DNA from: Chitinophagales bacterium
Lineage (GTDB): Bacteria > Bacteroidota > Bacteroidia > Chitinophagales > CAIOSU01
Assembly (NCBI GenBank): GCA_041748615.1
Contig: JBGTCY010000290.1
Span: 1-53,612, forward strand
Length of the DNA stretch: 53,612 nt
Reading direction: 5' to 3'
In this document: piece by piece, positions 37,727 through 48,403 of the stretch
Layout of the letters: each line of letters opens with the position of its first letter
Position numbering within the stretch: position 1 is the first letter of the stretch
Notes under the pieces: generated by a model
Database searches by the model: none
Seen by the model: only the letters and a program-made list of their open reading frames with translations
What the model was told of the DNA's origin: nothing
Program-made: the position numbers and the translations under genes

Positions 37727-38476
37727 ATGAATGTTAATCTGAAAGTCTGGAGACAAAAAAACAGCAACTCACCCGGAAAATTCGGTGATTACAGGGTTGA
37801 AAATGTTAATCCCGATATGAGTTTTTTGGAATTGATTGATGTGCTGAACGAGCAGTTGGTCGCAAAGAATGAAGAGCCGATTGCCTTTGACCACGACTGC
37901 CGGGAAGGAATCTGCGGCACGTGCAGCATGTATGTCAACGGCCGCGCTCATGGTCCGAAACATGCCACCACCACCTGCCAGTTGTACATGCGCAATTTCA
38001 AAGATGGCGAAACCATCACCGTGGAGCCGTGGCGCGCCAAAGCATTCCCGATTATCAAAGACTTAGTGACGGACAGAACCGCCTTCGACAGGATTATCGC
38101 TGCCGGTGGATTCGTGGGAGTGAACACCGGGCAGGCGCAGGATGCCAACTCACTGCCGGTAGAAAAAGAACTCGCGGAAAAAGCGATGGACGCAGCCGCC
38201 TGTATTGGTTGTGGCGCTTGTGTCGCGGCTTGCAAAAATGCATCCGCGATGCTTTTCGTTTCCGCGAAAGTTTCGCATTTGTCCTTATTGCCGCAAGGTC
38301 ATCCGGAAAGAACACGCAGGGCATTGGCGATGGTGGCGCAAATGGATGCCGAAGGATTTGGCAGTTGCACCAACATTGGCGCCTGTGAAGCCGAGTGTCC
38401 GAAAGAAATTTCCATAGCCAACATCGCGCGCCTCAACCGCGAATATCTTACAGCCGCTGTGTCTGATGAGAAGTGA
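37727..38476 (+). CDS. sdhB: Succinate dehydrogenase iron-sulfur subunit
   Basis: [32 protein letters not shown]. Confidence 0.95.
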   Translation: MNVNLKVWRQKNSNSPGKFGDYRVENVNPDMSFLELIDVLNEQLVAKNEEPIAFDHDCREGICGTCSMYVNGRAHGPKHATTTCQLYMRNFKDGETITVEPWRAKAFPIIKDLVTDRTAFDRIIAAGGFVGVNTGQAQDANSLPVEKELAEKAMDAAACIGCGACVAACKNASAMLFVSAKVSHLSLLPQGHPERTRRALAMVAQMDAEGFGSCTNIGACEAECPKEISIANIARLNREYLTAAVSDEK

Positions 38477-38521
38477 GGATAGAAAGATGGATTAAAAAAT
38501 AGAGTTTGCATTAGTACAATG

Positions 38522-38554
38522 AAAAAGTGTGCATTACTAGTGCACACTTTTTTT
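38522..38554 (+). terminator. Intrinsic terminator after sdhB
   Basis: AAAAAGTGTGCA-TTACTAG-TGCACACTTTTTTT. Confidence 0.75.
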
Positions 38555-38745
38555 CTAAATGAAATTTATTCTCCTGATCAGTTTGTTCAGGCAACCGGTT
38601 TGAAATAATCCCGTAAACATTTTAAAGCGAAAAAATAAAGCCCTTCCCACTTCCGTTGAGGGTTCATCAAACCATCTTCAGAAAAGCGTTGTTCACTCAT
38701 TCATGCTGAACTTCCTTTTTTGCTAACTTTATCAAAACTGAAAAT

Positions 38746-41502
38746 TTGTTGCGCGGTTTTATTCATATCTATTTTCTTGCGTGTTTTGGAATCCTCCTCA
38801 TTCCGGAGTTAGCTCATGCTACACACAACCGCGCAGGCGAAATTCAATATGAGGTCATTTCTTATCTCCGTTATCGCGTTACGATTATCACCTACACAAA
38901 AGCAAGCAGTGTTCAGGCTGACAGGGATACCTTAAATCTGAATTGGGGAGACAGCACACCGATTGAAAAAGTATTGCGCGTCAATGGTCCGATTGGAACC
39001 AATGGTGTGCCGCAGGGTGAAATTTTAGGGAATGACGTGAAAAAAAATATCTACCGTTCAGGCATTCATGCGTATGCCGGTCCGTTGCCGTTTTATATTA
39101 TTTCCGTTGCCGACCCAAACAGGATTTCAAACATCATCAACATCAACGGGGGCGCGTCAGTGAATGTGCAGTTTTATCTTGAAGACACGCTGCGCATTTT
39201 GAATCCCACATTTGTCGGATTAAACAGTTCGCCCATTCTGCTTTATCCCCCGATTGACTACGCCAATGTGAATGACACATTTTATCACAACCCGGCAGCC
39301 TTCGACCCGGATGGTGACAGCCTCGTTTTTACGCTCACCACTCCGTTTCAGGCAGCAGGATTTCCGGTTCCGAATTATCAATATCCCGACCAGGTCAGCC
39401 CCGGAATCAACAATCAGTTTACCATCAATTCACGAACGGGTGAAATTATCTGGGCAACCCCGCAGCGCGTGGGAATTTATAATATCGCCATCTTGATTAC
39501 TGAATATCGCAACGGGATAAAACTCGGCACCATGTTGCGCGACATGCAGATTATTGTGAATGATGAGCCGAACAATCCTCCGCGCATCACCGAGTTCGCG
39601 GATACCTGTGTGGTGGCTGGTACTCTATTAGTGCGAAATGTGAACGCTTTTGACCCCAACCCGGGTCAATCTGTTACGCTGTCAGCCGAAGGAGGTCCGT
39701 TGAGAATAGACATCAGCCCGGCAACATTCTCCGCGCAACCTCCCGGCAATCCGGTCTCCGGGCAATTCCGGTGGCAAACGACTTGTAATCATATCAGGAA
39801 GGAATTTTACCAGGTGGTGTTTAAAGCGCAGGATAATTATCCATTCGTTCCGCTTGTGGATTTGAAAACGTGGATTGTGAGAGTGGTGGCTCCGGCACCG
39901 GAAAATCTGCAATCACAGGCGATGGGCAACAGCATCACGCTCACCTGGAATCAACCCTATCATTGCGACAGCGTGAGTGATTTCATCGGGTTTTCCGTTT
40001 GGAGAAGGGAAGGTTCCAATCCATTCACGATGGATACGTGCGAGGTTGGACTGGCAGGAAAAGGTTACACGAAAATTGCGGAGAATGTCACGGCATTTAC
40101 TTACACGGATAATAATTTAAATCGCGGCAGGCTTTATTGTTACCGCATCCTGGCTGAATTCGCAAAGCGCACACAGTCAGGATTGTTTTATAATAAAGTG
40201 GAAAGTCTTCCTTCCAACGAAACCTGCGCGGAATTGAAACGCGACTTGCCCATCATCAAAAATGTCAGCGTAGAAACAACGGATGTTACCAATGGTGAAA
40301 TGTTTGTCTCCTGGTATCGCCCGATAGCGTCTCCTGATAATTTAGATACATTGCAGCTTTCCGGTCCTTACAGTTACAAACTTTATCGTTCCGTTGGATT
40401 TACGGGAGCTAATCTTATTGAAGTCGCCACTTTTACCAATCCCTTTTTTGGTAATTTATTGGATACCGTTTTTACGGATACCCAACTGAACACGGTGGAC
40501 AACGCCTATTCTTATTTAGTTAAATTTTTTGCCAACAATCTGGAAGTAGGAGAGAGTGATCTTGCTTCTTCTGTGTATCTCACGATTGGAGCGAATGACA
40601 AACGCCTTGAACTTTCGTGGGAGGAAAATGTGCCCTGGGAAAATTATGAATATGTTGTTTTCAAAAGAAATGAACTGGGCGTTTTTGATTCCATTGCCAC
40701 GGTGACGACTCAGGAATATACCGATGATGATTTAATCAATGATTCATTGTATTGCTACTACATCAAAAGCGTAGGAGAATATTCATCCTCTGATTTGAAT
40801 GAAACGCTTTTTAATCTTTCGCAACAGCGATGCGAGCGACCGATTGATACGATTCCGCCTTGTCCGCCAATCTTAAGAGTGGAAAACAGTTGTAACGAAG
40901 TGACGGATGGTGATGTGTGCGCTTCCGGTCCCGAAGCTTTTCAAAACCGTTTGATTTGGGAAAACAGACGAACCGGTGAATGCTTTCCTGACGAAATAGA
41001 AAAGTATTACATCTATTATTCAAAGCCGGGCGAAAATGATTTCGCTTTGCTTGACAGCGTGCTGAATGCATCCGATACAACTTACGCCCATTTAAATGAA
41101 AAATCACTCGCGGGTTGTTACGCGGTGACAGCGTTTGACAGTACCGGCAATGAAAGCGCGTTCAGCAACATTATTTGTGTGGACAATTGTCCCTGTTACA
41201 AATTGCCGAACGTGTTCACTCCGAACAATGACGGCAGAAACGATTTTTTCACCCCCATTCTGCCTTATCGCTATGTGGACCGGGTGGACATGAAAATTTA
41301 CAATCGCTGGGGAACGCTTGTTTATGAAACCACCGACCCTGAAATCCGCTGGGACGGCAGGGATATCAATAATGGAAAAGATTTGCCGGAAGGCGTCTAT
41401 TATTATGTCTGCGAAGTGTATGAAATCCGGGTGGATGGCGTGCGAAAAAATTCAAACATCCTGAATGGGTATATTCATTTGATTAAGGGGTTTAAGCCTT
41501 GA
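38746..41502 (+). CDS. T9SS type-B cargo (gliding-motility-associated C-terminal domain)
   Basis: AHATHNRAGEI N-terminus, FnIII-like modules, C-terminal LPNVFTPNNDGRND...IYNRWG..WDG..GVYYY; TTG start. Confidence 0.85.
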   Translation: MLRGFIHIYFLACFGILLIPELAHATHNRAGEIQYEVISYLRYRVTIITYTKASSVQADRDTLNLNWGDSTPIEKVLRVNGPIGTNGVPQGEILGNDVKKNIYRSGIHAYAGPLPFYIISVADPNRISNIININGGASVNVQFYLEDTLRILNPTFVGLNSSPILLYPPIDYANVNDTFYHNPAAFDPDGDSLVFTLTTPFQAAGFPVPNYQYPDQVSPGINNQFTINSRTGEIIWATPQRVGIYNIAILITEYRNGIKLGTMLRDMQIIVNDEPNNPPRITEFADTCVVAGTLLVRNVNAFDPNPGQSVTLSAEGGPLRIDISPATFSAQPPGNPVSGQFRWQTTCNHIRKEFYQVVFKAQDNYPFVPLVDLKTWIVRVVAPAPENLQSQAMGNSITLTWNQPYHCDSVSDFIGFSVWRREGSNPFTMDTCEVGLAGKGYTKIAENVTAFTYTDNNLNRGRLYCYRILAEFAKRTQSGLFYNKVESLPSNETCAELKRDLPIIKNVSVETTDVTNGEMFVSWYRPIASPDNLDTLQLSGPYSYKLYRSVGFTGANLIEVATFTNPFFGNLLDTVFTDTQLNTVDNAYSYLVKFFANNLEVGESDLASSVYLTIGANDKRLELSWEENVPWENYEYVVFKRNELGVFDSIATVTTQEYTDDDLINDSLYCYYIKSVGEYSSSDLNETLFNLSQQRCERPIDTIPPCPPILRVENSCNEVTDGDVCASGPEAFQNRLIWENRRTGECFPDEIEKYYIYYSKPGENDFALLDSVLNASDTTYAHLNEKSLAGCYAVTAFDSTGNESAFSNIICVDNCPCYKLPNVFTPNNDGRNDFFTPILPYRYVDRVDMKIYNRWGTLVYETTDPEIRWDGRDINNGKDLPEGVYYYVCEVYEIRVDGVRKNSNILNGYIHLIKGFKP

Positions 41503-41588
41503 TGTATTTATCCCGAAAGAAATGTAATCAACGAATTGTGTACGTTCTATACGACTTTTAACACTAAAGTATTTTATTTAATAAAATC

Positions 41589-42200
41589 ATGTTCACCGGA
41601 ATCATCGAATCCATCGGGGAAGTCATTCAGATTGAAAGAAAAGGTACCAACCTATTGTTAACCGTTCAATCACCCTTTTCACAGGAATTGAAAATTGACC
41701 AGAGTGTGGCGCATCATGGTGTTTGCCTCACCGTGATTGCAGTAAATGGTAAGCAGCATACGGTGGAAGCGGTGCGTGAAACTCTCGAACGAACAAATCT
41801 CGGTTTGCTGAAAGTCGGTTCATACATCAATCTGGAGCGCGCCTTGGTTGCAGGAAGCAGATTAGACGGACATTATGTACAAGGGCATGTTGACCAGTGC
41901 GGTGAATGTATTGAAATTGAGGAACAGGATGGAAGCTGGAAATTTTGGTTTGAATACCAGTCTGATGAAAATAATCTTTTAGTTGAAAAAGGCTCCATCA
42001 GCATTGATGGCGTCAGTCTCACAGTGGTGGATGCGGAACCATTCCGCTTTTCTGTGGTCGTGATTCCTTATACATTCGAACATACCTGTTTCGGAAAAAT
42101 GCAGCCGGGTGAGCCGGTAAATCTTGAGTTTGATATTCTGGGAAAATATGTGATGAAAGGATTATCCGTCTATCAATCAAATTTAAGAAAGGCAGGTTAA
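41589..42200 (+). CDS. ribE: Riboflavin synthase (alpha chain)
   Basis: MFTGII, GVCLTV, GHYVQGHVD, GSISIDGVSLTV, VNLEFD. Confidence 0.95.
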   Translation: MFTGIIESIGEVIQIERKGTNLLLTVQSPFSQELKIDQSVAHHGVCLTVIAVNGKQHTVEAVRETLERTNLGLLKVGSYINLERALVAGSRLDGHYVQGHVDQCGECIEIEEQDGSWKFWFEYQSDENNLLVEKGSISIDGVSLTVVDAEPFRFSVVVIPYTFEHTCFGKMQPGEPVNLEFDILGKYVMKGLSVYQSNLRKAG

Positions 42201-42213
42201 ATCAATTATTTAT

Positions 42214-45200
42214 CTACCGCGCGAGATACATTTTACCGAATCCGCTCTTGAAATATTTATCGGCTCCGGAATTCATTTTTTCAATTTGTTTGCCGTCAAT
42301 GGACGCTACAACGCGATACAAGTAAAGTCCGTTGCCAAGCGGGTCGCCATATTGGTCGGTGCCGTCCCAGGCATATTCGGTGATGTTGTTGCCCACACGA
42401 ATATTCCCTAAATCCGTTTGCGTGAGTTCACGCACAACTTTACCGGAAACAGTCATGATTTGAATTTTGAAAAAGTCGGGAGGCTGCATGCCGGTGAGCG
42501 TGAAAACAAAGCGGGTGGATGAAGTGAACGGATTTGGATAATTCAGCACATTCGTGATGCGTGATTCGCGGATTACTTCAAAGGAAATCCGAAAGTCAAC
42601 TCCATCCTGCGGGACGCCATAAGTGCCGGAAATATTCCTGCTGCGGTCTTTTGCCTGCACCAGCAAAGTATAGACGCCATCTTCTTCAAATTCTTTTTTC
42701 AACCGGACTTCTGCCGTGTTATTCGCTGAGGAGCCGGCTGGCATAAATTGCATGGAAATTCCGTCATAGTGCATTTTCACTTGCTGTCCTGAAGGTGATT
42801 TCAGAAATACATTAATCAGCGAAGTATCATTCAGCAGCAAATATTTGTTTTCATCTTTCAGGCGAATGAGAATTTCCGGTTCTGCCGAAACAATATCCCC
42901 ATCCATAATATGCACCCCGTCAAAAGTCACATCAAGCAATGGATTGATTTTGTCTTTATCCATTTTGAATGTCAGAATACCGATATTATTGAAATGATAT
43001 TGCTCCGGTTGGTCATTGTCAGGATTCACTTCGATAATCAGGGTATTGATTTCACCCAGGCAATTGCAATCGGTATTGAACAGCCAATCCAAATTCACGA
43101 TATCATTTGCCCGCAGAGAATCATAGCGGACATAGTTGTTTACAGACGGGTTACCGGTTGTCATCAGGGTGTATTTCACCAGCAAGCTGTCCATATGGAT
43201 GTTAGTGACATTTTCCACCGCGATGGATAGTTGCAATTCTTCTCCCATATTGATGGTGTCTCCCACGAAGGTGAAATGAAAATCAGGGTGCAGAGCCGCT
43301 TCCGGCACTTTTTTATACAAGACGCGCCAGTAATTTAATTGTGTGGGTGTCCGGTTTGCATCATCGCGGGTATGTAATCTCAGTTTAATGTATGGATAAG
43401 TATTCGGATTAATAAACGTAATTGCGGTATCTAATGATTTTAACCCGGAATATACAACCGTTTCAATTCCGGTGGCAGTTACGCCTATGATGTCAAGCTG
43501 TTGCTGGTCCATTGAATTTGATTCCAATGCGTGATATTTCCAATGAACGGAACCCCATTCATAAGCGGGACCAATCAGCGGAGTGGTCATGGTGCCCTGG
43601 TTCCAGCTCGCGTTAAAAGTCGCGGATAAATCAACAATTGCTTTAATACCATTTCCTTTCAATTCGACCGCTGTAGATGGGTCGCCTTTTTTTACAAAGA
43701 AAGCCCAAGGTGAATTACTGGTGGAAAACAAGGTTTGAAGTTCCTGAGTGCCCAGATTGGTAAAAGTGTTTCTTAGTGTCCCGCTCCAGCTATTATAAAA
43801 TCCACTGTTTACACTGTATGCAAGAATGTAATTTCCATTCGGAATGCTGTTAATAAAATTGTTAAGTCGGGTTTGTACAATTCCAGTTGCACTTTGATTG
43901 TTGGCAACAATTATCGGAAAATCAAAACCTTCAAAGTCCCTTGTTTTACAATGGATATTTCCATGCACCTGATTGAATCGTTGATTGGTGACGCCATTAT
44001 CATTTCTAGTATCCGAGTATTTGCTGATCCACGGTTGTCCACTGATGGAATCAAATACAGCAACAACGATTCCGTTTGGAAAGCCTTCTCCACCGCATAC
44101 CCAACGATGTTTCAATGCTCCATTCAGATAATGCGCAAGTTGCTCCCATGGCACTGAACCATTATAGCCAAAATCCGCAGTTGTTCCAGAACGTGCAGTG
44201 ACATTTTTGATATCATCAACAAATTTCAGAACACGGTCATTATCCAAATAGAGATTATTAAAATCATCTTTCAGATACTGGTAGTAATGCGATTGATTCC
44301 ATCCGGGATATTCGCCATCCAAATAAATAAAGGAACTGTAATGCCAGCCGGTCGGGCGGTTGTACGTGACGGAATCCAAGCCGCAACGCCAGTAATAAAC
44401 AACGCTATCCATCAGCGGCAAGTTAGGCGTCCACGTCACGACACCACCGGTTTGTGTGATGGTGGTTGAAAGTTTTAAGGAACTATTAAACAATTCTGTG
44501 GTATCTATTTCTAAGCGATAAGTCCTTATAGGAGCGAATGGACTGGCGGTGGATGCTTTCAGTGTAACAGGTTGATTGGGCACAATAGCGAATTCGTAAG
44601 GATGAATAGGAATCAAATCATCAGAAGTGATATTCAGGATGATTCCGCCTAATTCATTATTTGTTTCAGATAGCTCATCCACTTCATCGTTAAAATCTAT
44701 TTTGATGTGAAAAGTATTCAATCCGAAAGCGCTGGCGCCACCGGTCGGAATCGTGAAGATTACGGTATCGCTGAACATCGTTCCGCGCATTCTTTTCACA
44801 TACGGAATACTGCCGGCTGCCGCATCCGGGAAAAACCTGGTCACTACCAAATTGATGCTGTCAGCCAAAGCCATTCCGAGGTTGGTGACAATTACTTTTA
44901 CATCAAATGATTCCTGCTCAACGGTGACAGTGCTCGGAAGGAATGAAACCATTTGAGGCTCTAAAGAATAATCGGGTTTGGGATGAATATTCAGTTTCAA
45001 TCCCGGGTCGCCATGTAACGTCATTTCTTCCACAATGCCCCTGTTGATGACAGCATTGCAACAGCTTTCAACATCAGCCGCAGTCATTCTCATGATGGTG
45101 CCAATGGATTTGCCATAATGCTTACGGCTCAGGTTGTTATAAAAATTGGATGAATAGGTATGCAATCCCCCGGAGGATGAAAGGCTGATTGTGGAAATAA

Positions 45201-47307
45201 ATCCGATGGCTGCCCTGCTGTCTGCCAATACAAAACGCTCACTGATTCCCGGGGACGGATTATAAATATTACCCGTGAAACAACCGTTGGATAAAATGAG
45301 ATGATACCGCTCGAAATTGTTGTATTGTTCCGGGTCATCAATCGCGATGTCAAAAGAGTTGGGAGATGAGTGACCGAAAAAAGTAATCAATGAAACTCCT
45401 GTATTAATCAGGTCGCGCATGTAGTCGGATTGTACCACCTGAATCGGAGCAGTGCTAGTTTTATAAAAAGAGGTCACATCCGCCCCGTATAAAGTATCCT
45501 TGATGATACTTTCATAGCTCTGCAAAAAACCTTTGAACTGCGTTTGCTGACCTATCCCTTCTCCACCACCCATGTGCAAGACTCTTTTCATCCAGATTTT
45601 TTCATCAATCTTTTGATGTGGGTCGCCTCTTTCAGCCTGCACCCGTTCATAAGCCATTACTTTTTCAAGGTATTTTCCGATTGCCGCGCCATTTTCTGCC
45701 GACAACCTTCCAACCGCAACTCTTGGTGCAATCGAAGTGTTGGTCGCGGCAAGTAAAATATCAGAACCGGGATTTCCAAAAGTCGGGACTAAACATTGTT
45801 GATACGCGGATGAAGTAGTTCGCATGGCATTATATTCCCGCGCTTTTCCAATCAGGAAGATATGTTCGGGTTTGTTCACCCAGTTTGCCATCGCGAAGTC
45901 CACAAAATTTCTGATGGCAAGCGGATGTTTTCTGACGCCATAACAAAACTGGTCATATAATTGGTCAATCATCAACACCGCCACTTGATGATTGCCGCCC
46001 TGAATGCTGTTGCGGTATTTGGCATAAGCGCTCACGTTGTCAACGCCATTGCCATCATCCCTCAGTTTCTGATGACTGATGATGACATAATCGCCCTGGA
46101 AAGCCTGGTTGAAATAATTCACGAAATTCACGCGCTCCATCGAGGTGATAGTGAGAATATCGCTGCTATTTTGACTGGTGAGAAATAACTCGCGCGCAAT
46201 GTTTTGCGATTGCGCGGGCAATTTGAATTTTCCTGAGCTTTGTGTACCAACTATTCGCAAGTGATTAGTGAGGTCGTATAAAATCGGAGCGGTGTTTTTG
46301 TCATTGAATAAAAGCATTTCAAAATACCGGGCAGCAGAACCCGGATTCAATTTGAAATAGAATTTTGCATCTGAACGCAGAAATTCATGCGGGTAAATGC
46401 ATTCAATCACTGCTACGGCATTTCTGTCAATGCCTTCAGTGCCCATCGCTGTAATTCCCAGATTATTGTAATTATTTAACTGGTTTAGAGGGAAATTATA
46501 GCTGAAGTGACTCATTCTGAAACCCCTGAATGTAGTGTCTGCTATCGTATAAGTGTTAAATCTGAATCTCAGTTTGTGTTCAAGCGTTGAAATACTGAGC
46601 AGGCTGATGTTAATGGTGGGATTCACCGGGGCGTTGGAATAAATATTCGGGACAACTACTGTGTTGTTTGAAGTTGTCTGGTTGAAAGGAATTCCGGTGA
46701 AACCTTCACCTTCATCAAAAATGGATTCATACACCGGTTGTCCACCGGAAAAAGGAGGCGGAGGTCCAATCCAGGTAGGTTTTCCTAATTGATAATTACT
46801 GGTAATTGAAGTCCTTACCGTGTGCATGAAATATTGCTCAATAGGTGGCAGGTTGGTGAGGTCGTTGGGAATGTTGTTGATTAAAATATTCGGATTCGAA
46901 CCATTCCAGGTCAGGTAATAGGTTGAACTGTCATTGAACAAACTATGATATTTATTCACCTGATGACTTGGGTTTGAGAATAAGCGCGTATCAAGCGTTC
47001 CGTCATTTCGTTTGCCGTAAAACTCAATGAAATCATTCGAGCCGAAGTTGCCGGTGGTAGAAACATAAATCGGCACAGGCTGCCCCATGTGATAAAGATT
47101 GAAATTTACTCCCAGCACATTGTTGATATTCGAGTTGGGCAGCGTATTCAGCGTAGAGTAAGGGATGCGATAAAGACCATCGCTAGTGACTTTGAATTTG
47201 TAATAGGTGAGGTTATATTCAATCCATTCATTGCCGAATTGCGCCTGCAATGAAACGCTCGAAAGCAACGTGAGAAAGAAAATGATATGATTAATGAGGG
47301 GCTTCAA
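42214..47307 (-). CDS. C25 (gingipain-family) peptidase, long PorU-like putative T9SS sortase
   Basis: YYKFKV..DGLYRI, VAVGRL, TFFGHSS (His), SNGCFTG (Cys), TLHGDP, C-terminal NYPNPF. TTG start at 47307 inferred: it gives a signal peptide and removes the overlap with the upstream gene. Confidence 0.8.
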   Translation of the reverse strand: MKPLINHIIFFLTLLSSVSLQAQFGNEWIEYNLTYYKFKVTSDGLYRIPYSTLNTLPNSNINNVLGVNFNLYHMGQPVPIYVSTTGNFGSNDFIEFYGKRNDGTLDTRLFSNPSHQVNKYHSLFNDSSTYYLTWNGSNPNILINNIPNDLTNLPPIEQYFMHTVRTSITSNYQLGKPTWIGPPPPFSGGQPVYESIFDEGEGFTGIPFNQTTSNNTVVVPNIYSNAPVNPTINISLLSISTLEHKLRFRFNTYTIADTTFRGFRMSHFSYNFPLNQLNNYNNLGITAMGTEGIDRNAVAVIECIYPHEFLRSDAKFYFKLNPGSAARYFEMLLFNDKNTAPILYDLTNHLRIVGTQSSGKFKLPAQSQNIARELFLTSQNSSDILTITSMERVNFVNYFNQAFQGDYVIISHQKLRDDGNGVDNVSAYAKYRNSIQGGNHQVAVLMIDQLYDQFCYGVRKHPLAIRNFVDFAMANWVNKPEHIFLIGKAREYNAMRTTSSAYQQCLVPTFGNPGSDILLAATNTSIAPRVAVGRLSAENGAAIGKYLEKVMAYERVQAERGDPHQKIDEKIWMKRVLHMGGGEGIGQQTQFKGFLQSYESIIKDTLYGADVTSFYKTSTAPIQVVQSDYMRDLINTGVSLITFFGHSSPNSFDIAIDDPEQYNNFERYHLILSNGCFTGNIYNPSPGISERFVLADSRAAIGFISTISLSSSGGLHTYSSNFYNNLSRKHYGKSIGTIMRMTAADVESCCNAVINRGIVEEMTLHGDPGLKLNIHPKPDYSLEPQMVSFLPSTVTVEQESFDVKVIVTNLGMALADSINLVVTRFFPDAAAGSIPYVKRMRGTMFSDTVIFTIPTGGASAFGLNTFHIKIDFNDEVDELSETNNELGGIILNITSDDLIPIHPYEFAIVPNQPVTLKASTASPFAPIRTYRLEIDTTELFNSSLKLSTTITQTGGVVTWTPNLPLMDSVVYYWRCGLDSVTYNRPTGWHYSSFIYLDGEYPGWNQSHYYQYLKDDFNNLYLDNDRVLKFVDDIKNVTARSGTTADFGYNGSVPWEQLAHYLNGALKHRWVCGGEGFPNGIVVAVFDSISGQPWISKYSDTRNDNGVTNQRFNQVHGNIHCKTRDFEGFDFPIIVANNQSATGIVQTRLNNFINSIPNGNYILAYSVNSGFYNSWSGTLRNTFTNLGTQELQTLFSTSNSPWAFFVKKGDPSTAVELKGNGIKAIVDLSATFNASWNQGTMTTPLIGPAYEWGSVHWKYHALESNSMDQQQLDIIGVTATGIETVVYSGLKSLDTAITFINPNTYPYIKLRLHTRDDANRTPTQLNYWRVLYKKVPEAALHPDFHFTFVGDTINMGEELQLSIAVENVTNIHMDSLLVKYTLMTTGNPSVNNYVRYDSLRANDIVNLDWLFNTDCNCLGEINTLIIEVNPDNDQPEQYHFNNIGILTFKMDKDKINPLLDVTFDGVHIMDGDIVSAEPEILIRLKDENKYLLLNDTSLINVFLKSPSGQQVKMHYDGISMQFMPAGSSANNTAEVRLKKEFEEDGVYTLLVQAKDRSRNISGTYGVPQDGVDFRISFEVIRESRITNVLNYPNPFTSSTRFVFTLTGMQPPDFFKIQIMTVSGKVVRELTQTDLGNIRVGNNITEYAWDGTDQYGDPLGNGLYLYRVVASIDGKQIEKMNSGADKYFKSGFGKMYLAR

Positions 47308-47314
47308 AAGTTGG

Positions 47315-48403
47315 TTATTGTGTTTTCTTTTTATTGATACCAATATTGAGCGAAAAGACATGCGAGTATAAAGCATCTGACTGATTGCCGATATCCGTGA
47401 AAGCGTAATCAATTCCAAATGATTTTATCTGCAATCCTAAACCAATATTAGGCTGGAAGGTCACAATTTTTTCACCGAAATCATCCGTGGAGCGTTGAAT
47501 ATTTCCTACACCACCACGCAGATAAATGATGTCGAGATAATTCAATTCCAGCCCAAAGCGCGGGTCAAAACTCACTGCGTCTGTGCGAATCGGCACATTA
47601 CGTTTTCCGTCCGTAGTCATCTCGAAATTCAGTTCCGGCAGGATTTTAAATTTATCCTTGATATTCACTTCGTATGCTGCGGCAAAAATGAACTTAGGCA
47701 CAGTTACTTCAAGTGAATTTTCAGGAATAATGTTCCCGGTGCTCACCAGCACGGCTTTTTCTTTGTCCGTGAAATTGAAATTCCACGCGTTGAAAGTGCC
47801 GGTAACGTCTTTACCCATCAAGCCAAATCGCCATTGTTTGATGTCATAAGCCGCTGCAAAATCCAATCCGAATCCCCATGCGGTGGCAAAATCACCCGCG
47901 ATGCGGTAAATAATTTTCGTGTTGCCGCCCAGGCTCAACCCGGTCTCTTTCACTTTTTGGGCATAGGAAAAAATAAATGCCCAATCGGCAACGGAGAATG
48001 ATTTGATATTATCATAATTGATGGAGCCGTCCGGTTCAAACAAGTTGAGCGTATTGGGAATATCATCCACCGCGAAACGGATGGCGGAAAAGCCGATAAC
48101 GCGGTTTTTGTCTTTCATCGGCACCGCGAACGCGCCATAATCATACTTCGCGATACCCGCGAAATATTCTGCGTGCATGAGCGAAAGATTGACATTGTTT
48201 TTTACCCTGGTCAAGGCAGCCGGATTCCAAAAACCGGCAGTAGCGTCACTCACGGATGCCACTTGCGCGGAGGACATGGCAAGCCCGCGTGCGCCTACGC
48301 CAATGGATAAAAATTCATTGCTGTATTTTCTGACCTGAGCAAAGGAAGCGCTGGCAGTGATAACCGTTAAAAAAACGATGGCGGTGAGTCGGGCTGAATT
48401 CAT
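47315..48403 (-). CDS. PorV-family outer-membrane beta-barrel
   Basis: Signal peptide; KYSNEFLSIGVGARGLAM, FWNPAAL, amphipathic beta-strands, DYAF. Confidence 0.8.
   Translation of the reverse strand: MNSARLTAIVFLTVITASASFAQVRKYSNEFLSIGVGARGLAMSSAQVASVSDATAGFWNPAALTRVKNNVNLSLMHAEYFAGIAKYDYGAFAVPMKDKNRVIGFSAIRFAVDDIPNTLNLFEPDGSINYDNIKSFSVADWAFIFSYAQKVKETGLSLGGNTKIIYRIAGDFATAWGFGLDFAAAYDIKQWRFGLMGKDVTGTFNAWNFNFTDKEKAVLVSTGNIIPENSLEVTVPKFIFAAAYEVNIKDKFKILPELNFEMTTDGKRNVPIRTDAVSFDPRFGLELNYLDIIYLRGGVGNIQRSTDDFGEKIVTFQPNIGLGLQIKSFGIDYAFTDIGNQSDALYSHVFSLNIGINKKKTQ

Noticed and set aside
33202-38476. GT2-gmhA-sdhCAB adjacency as a functional unit
   Set aside because: These are ordinary housekeeping genes with a 125-bp gap before sdhC and no sign of a shared pathway.
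47308-47418. N-terminal extensions in the ORF track (also 15434, 24963, 29593, 34140, 49178)
   Set aside because: Downstream starts give proper signal peptides or family N-termini and remove overlaps with neighbouring genes, hairpins or promoter boxes.
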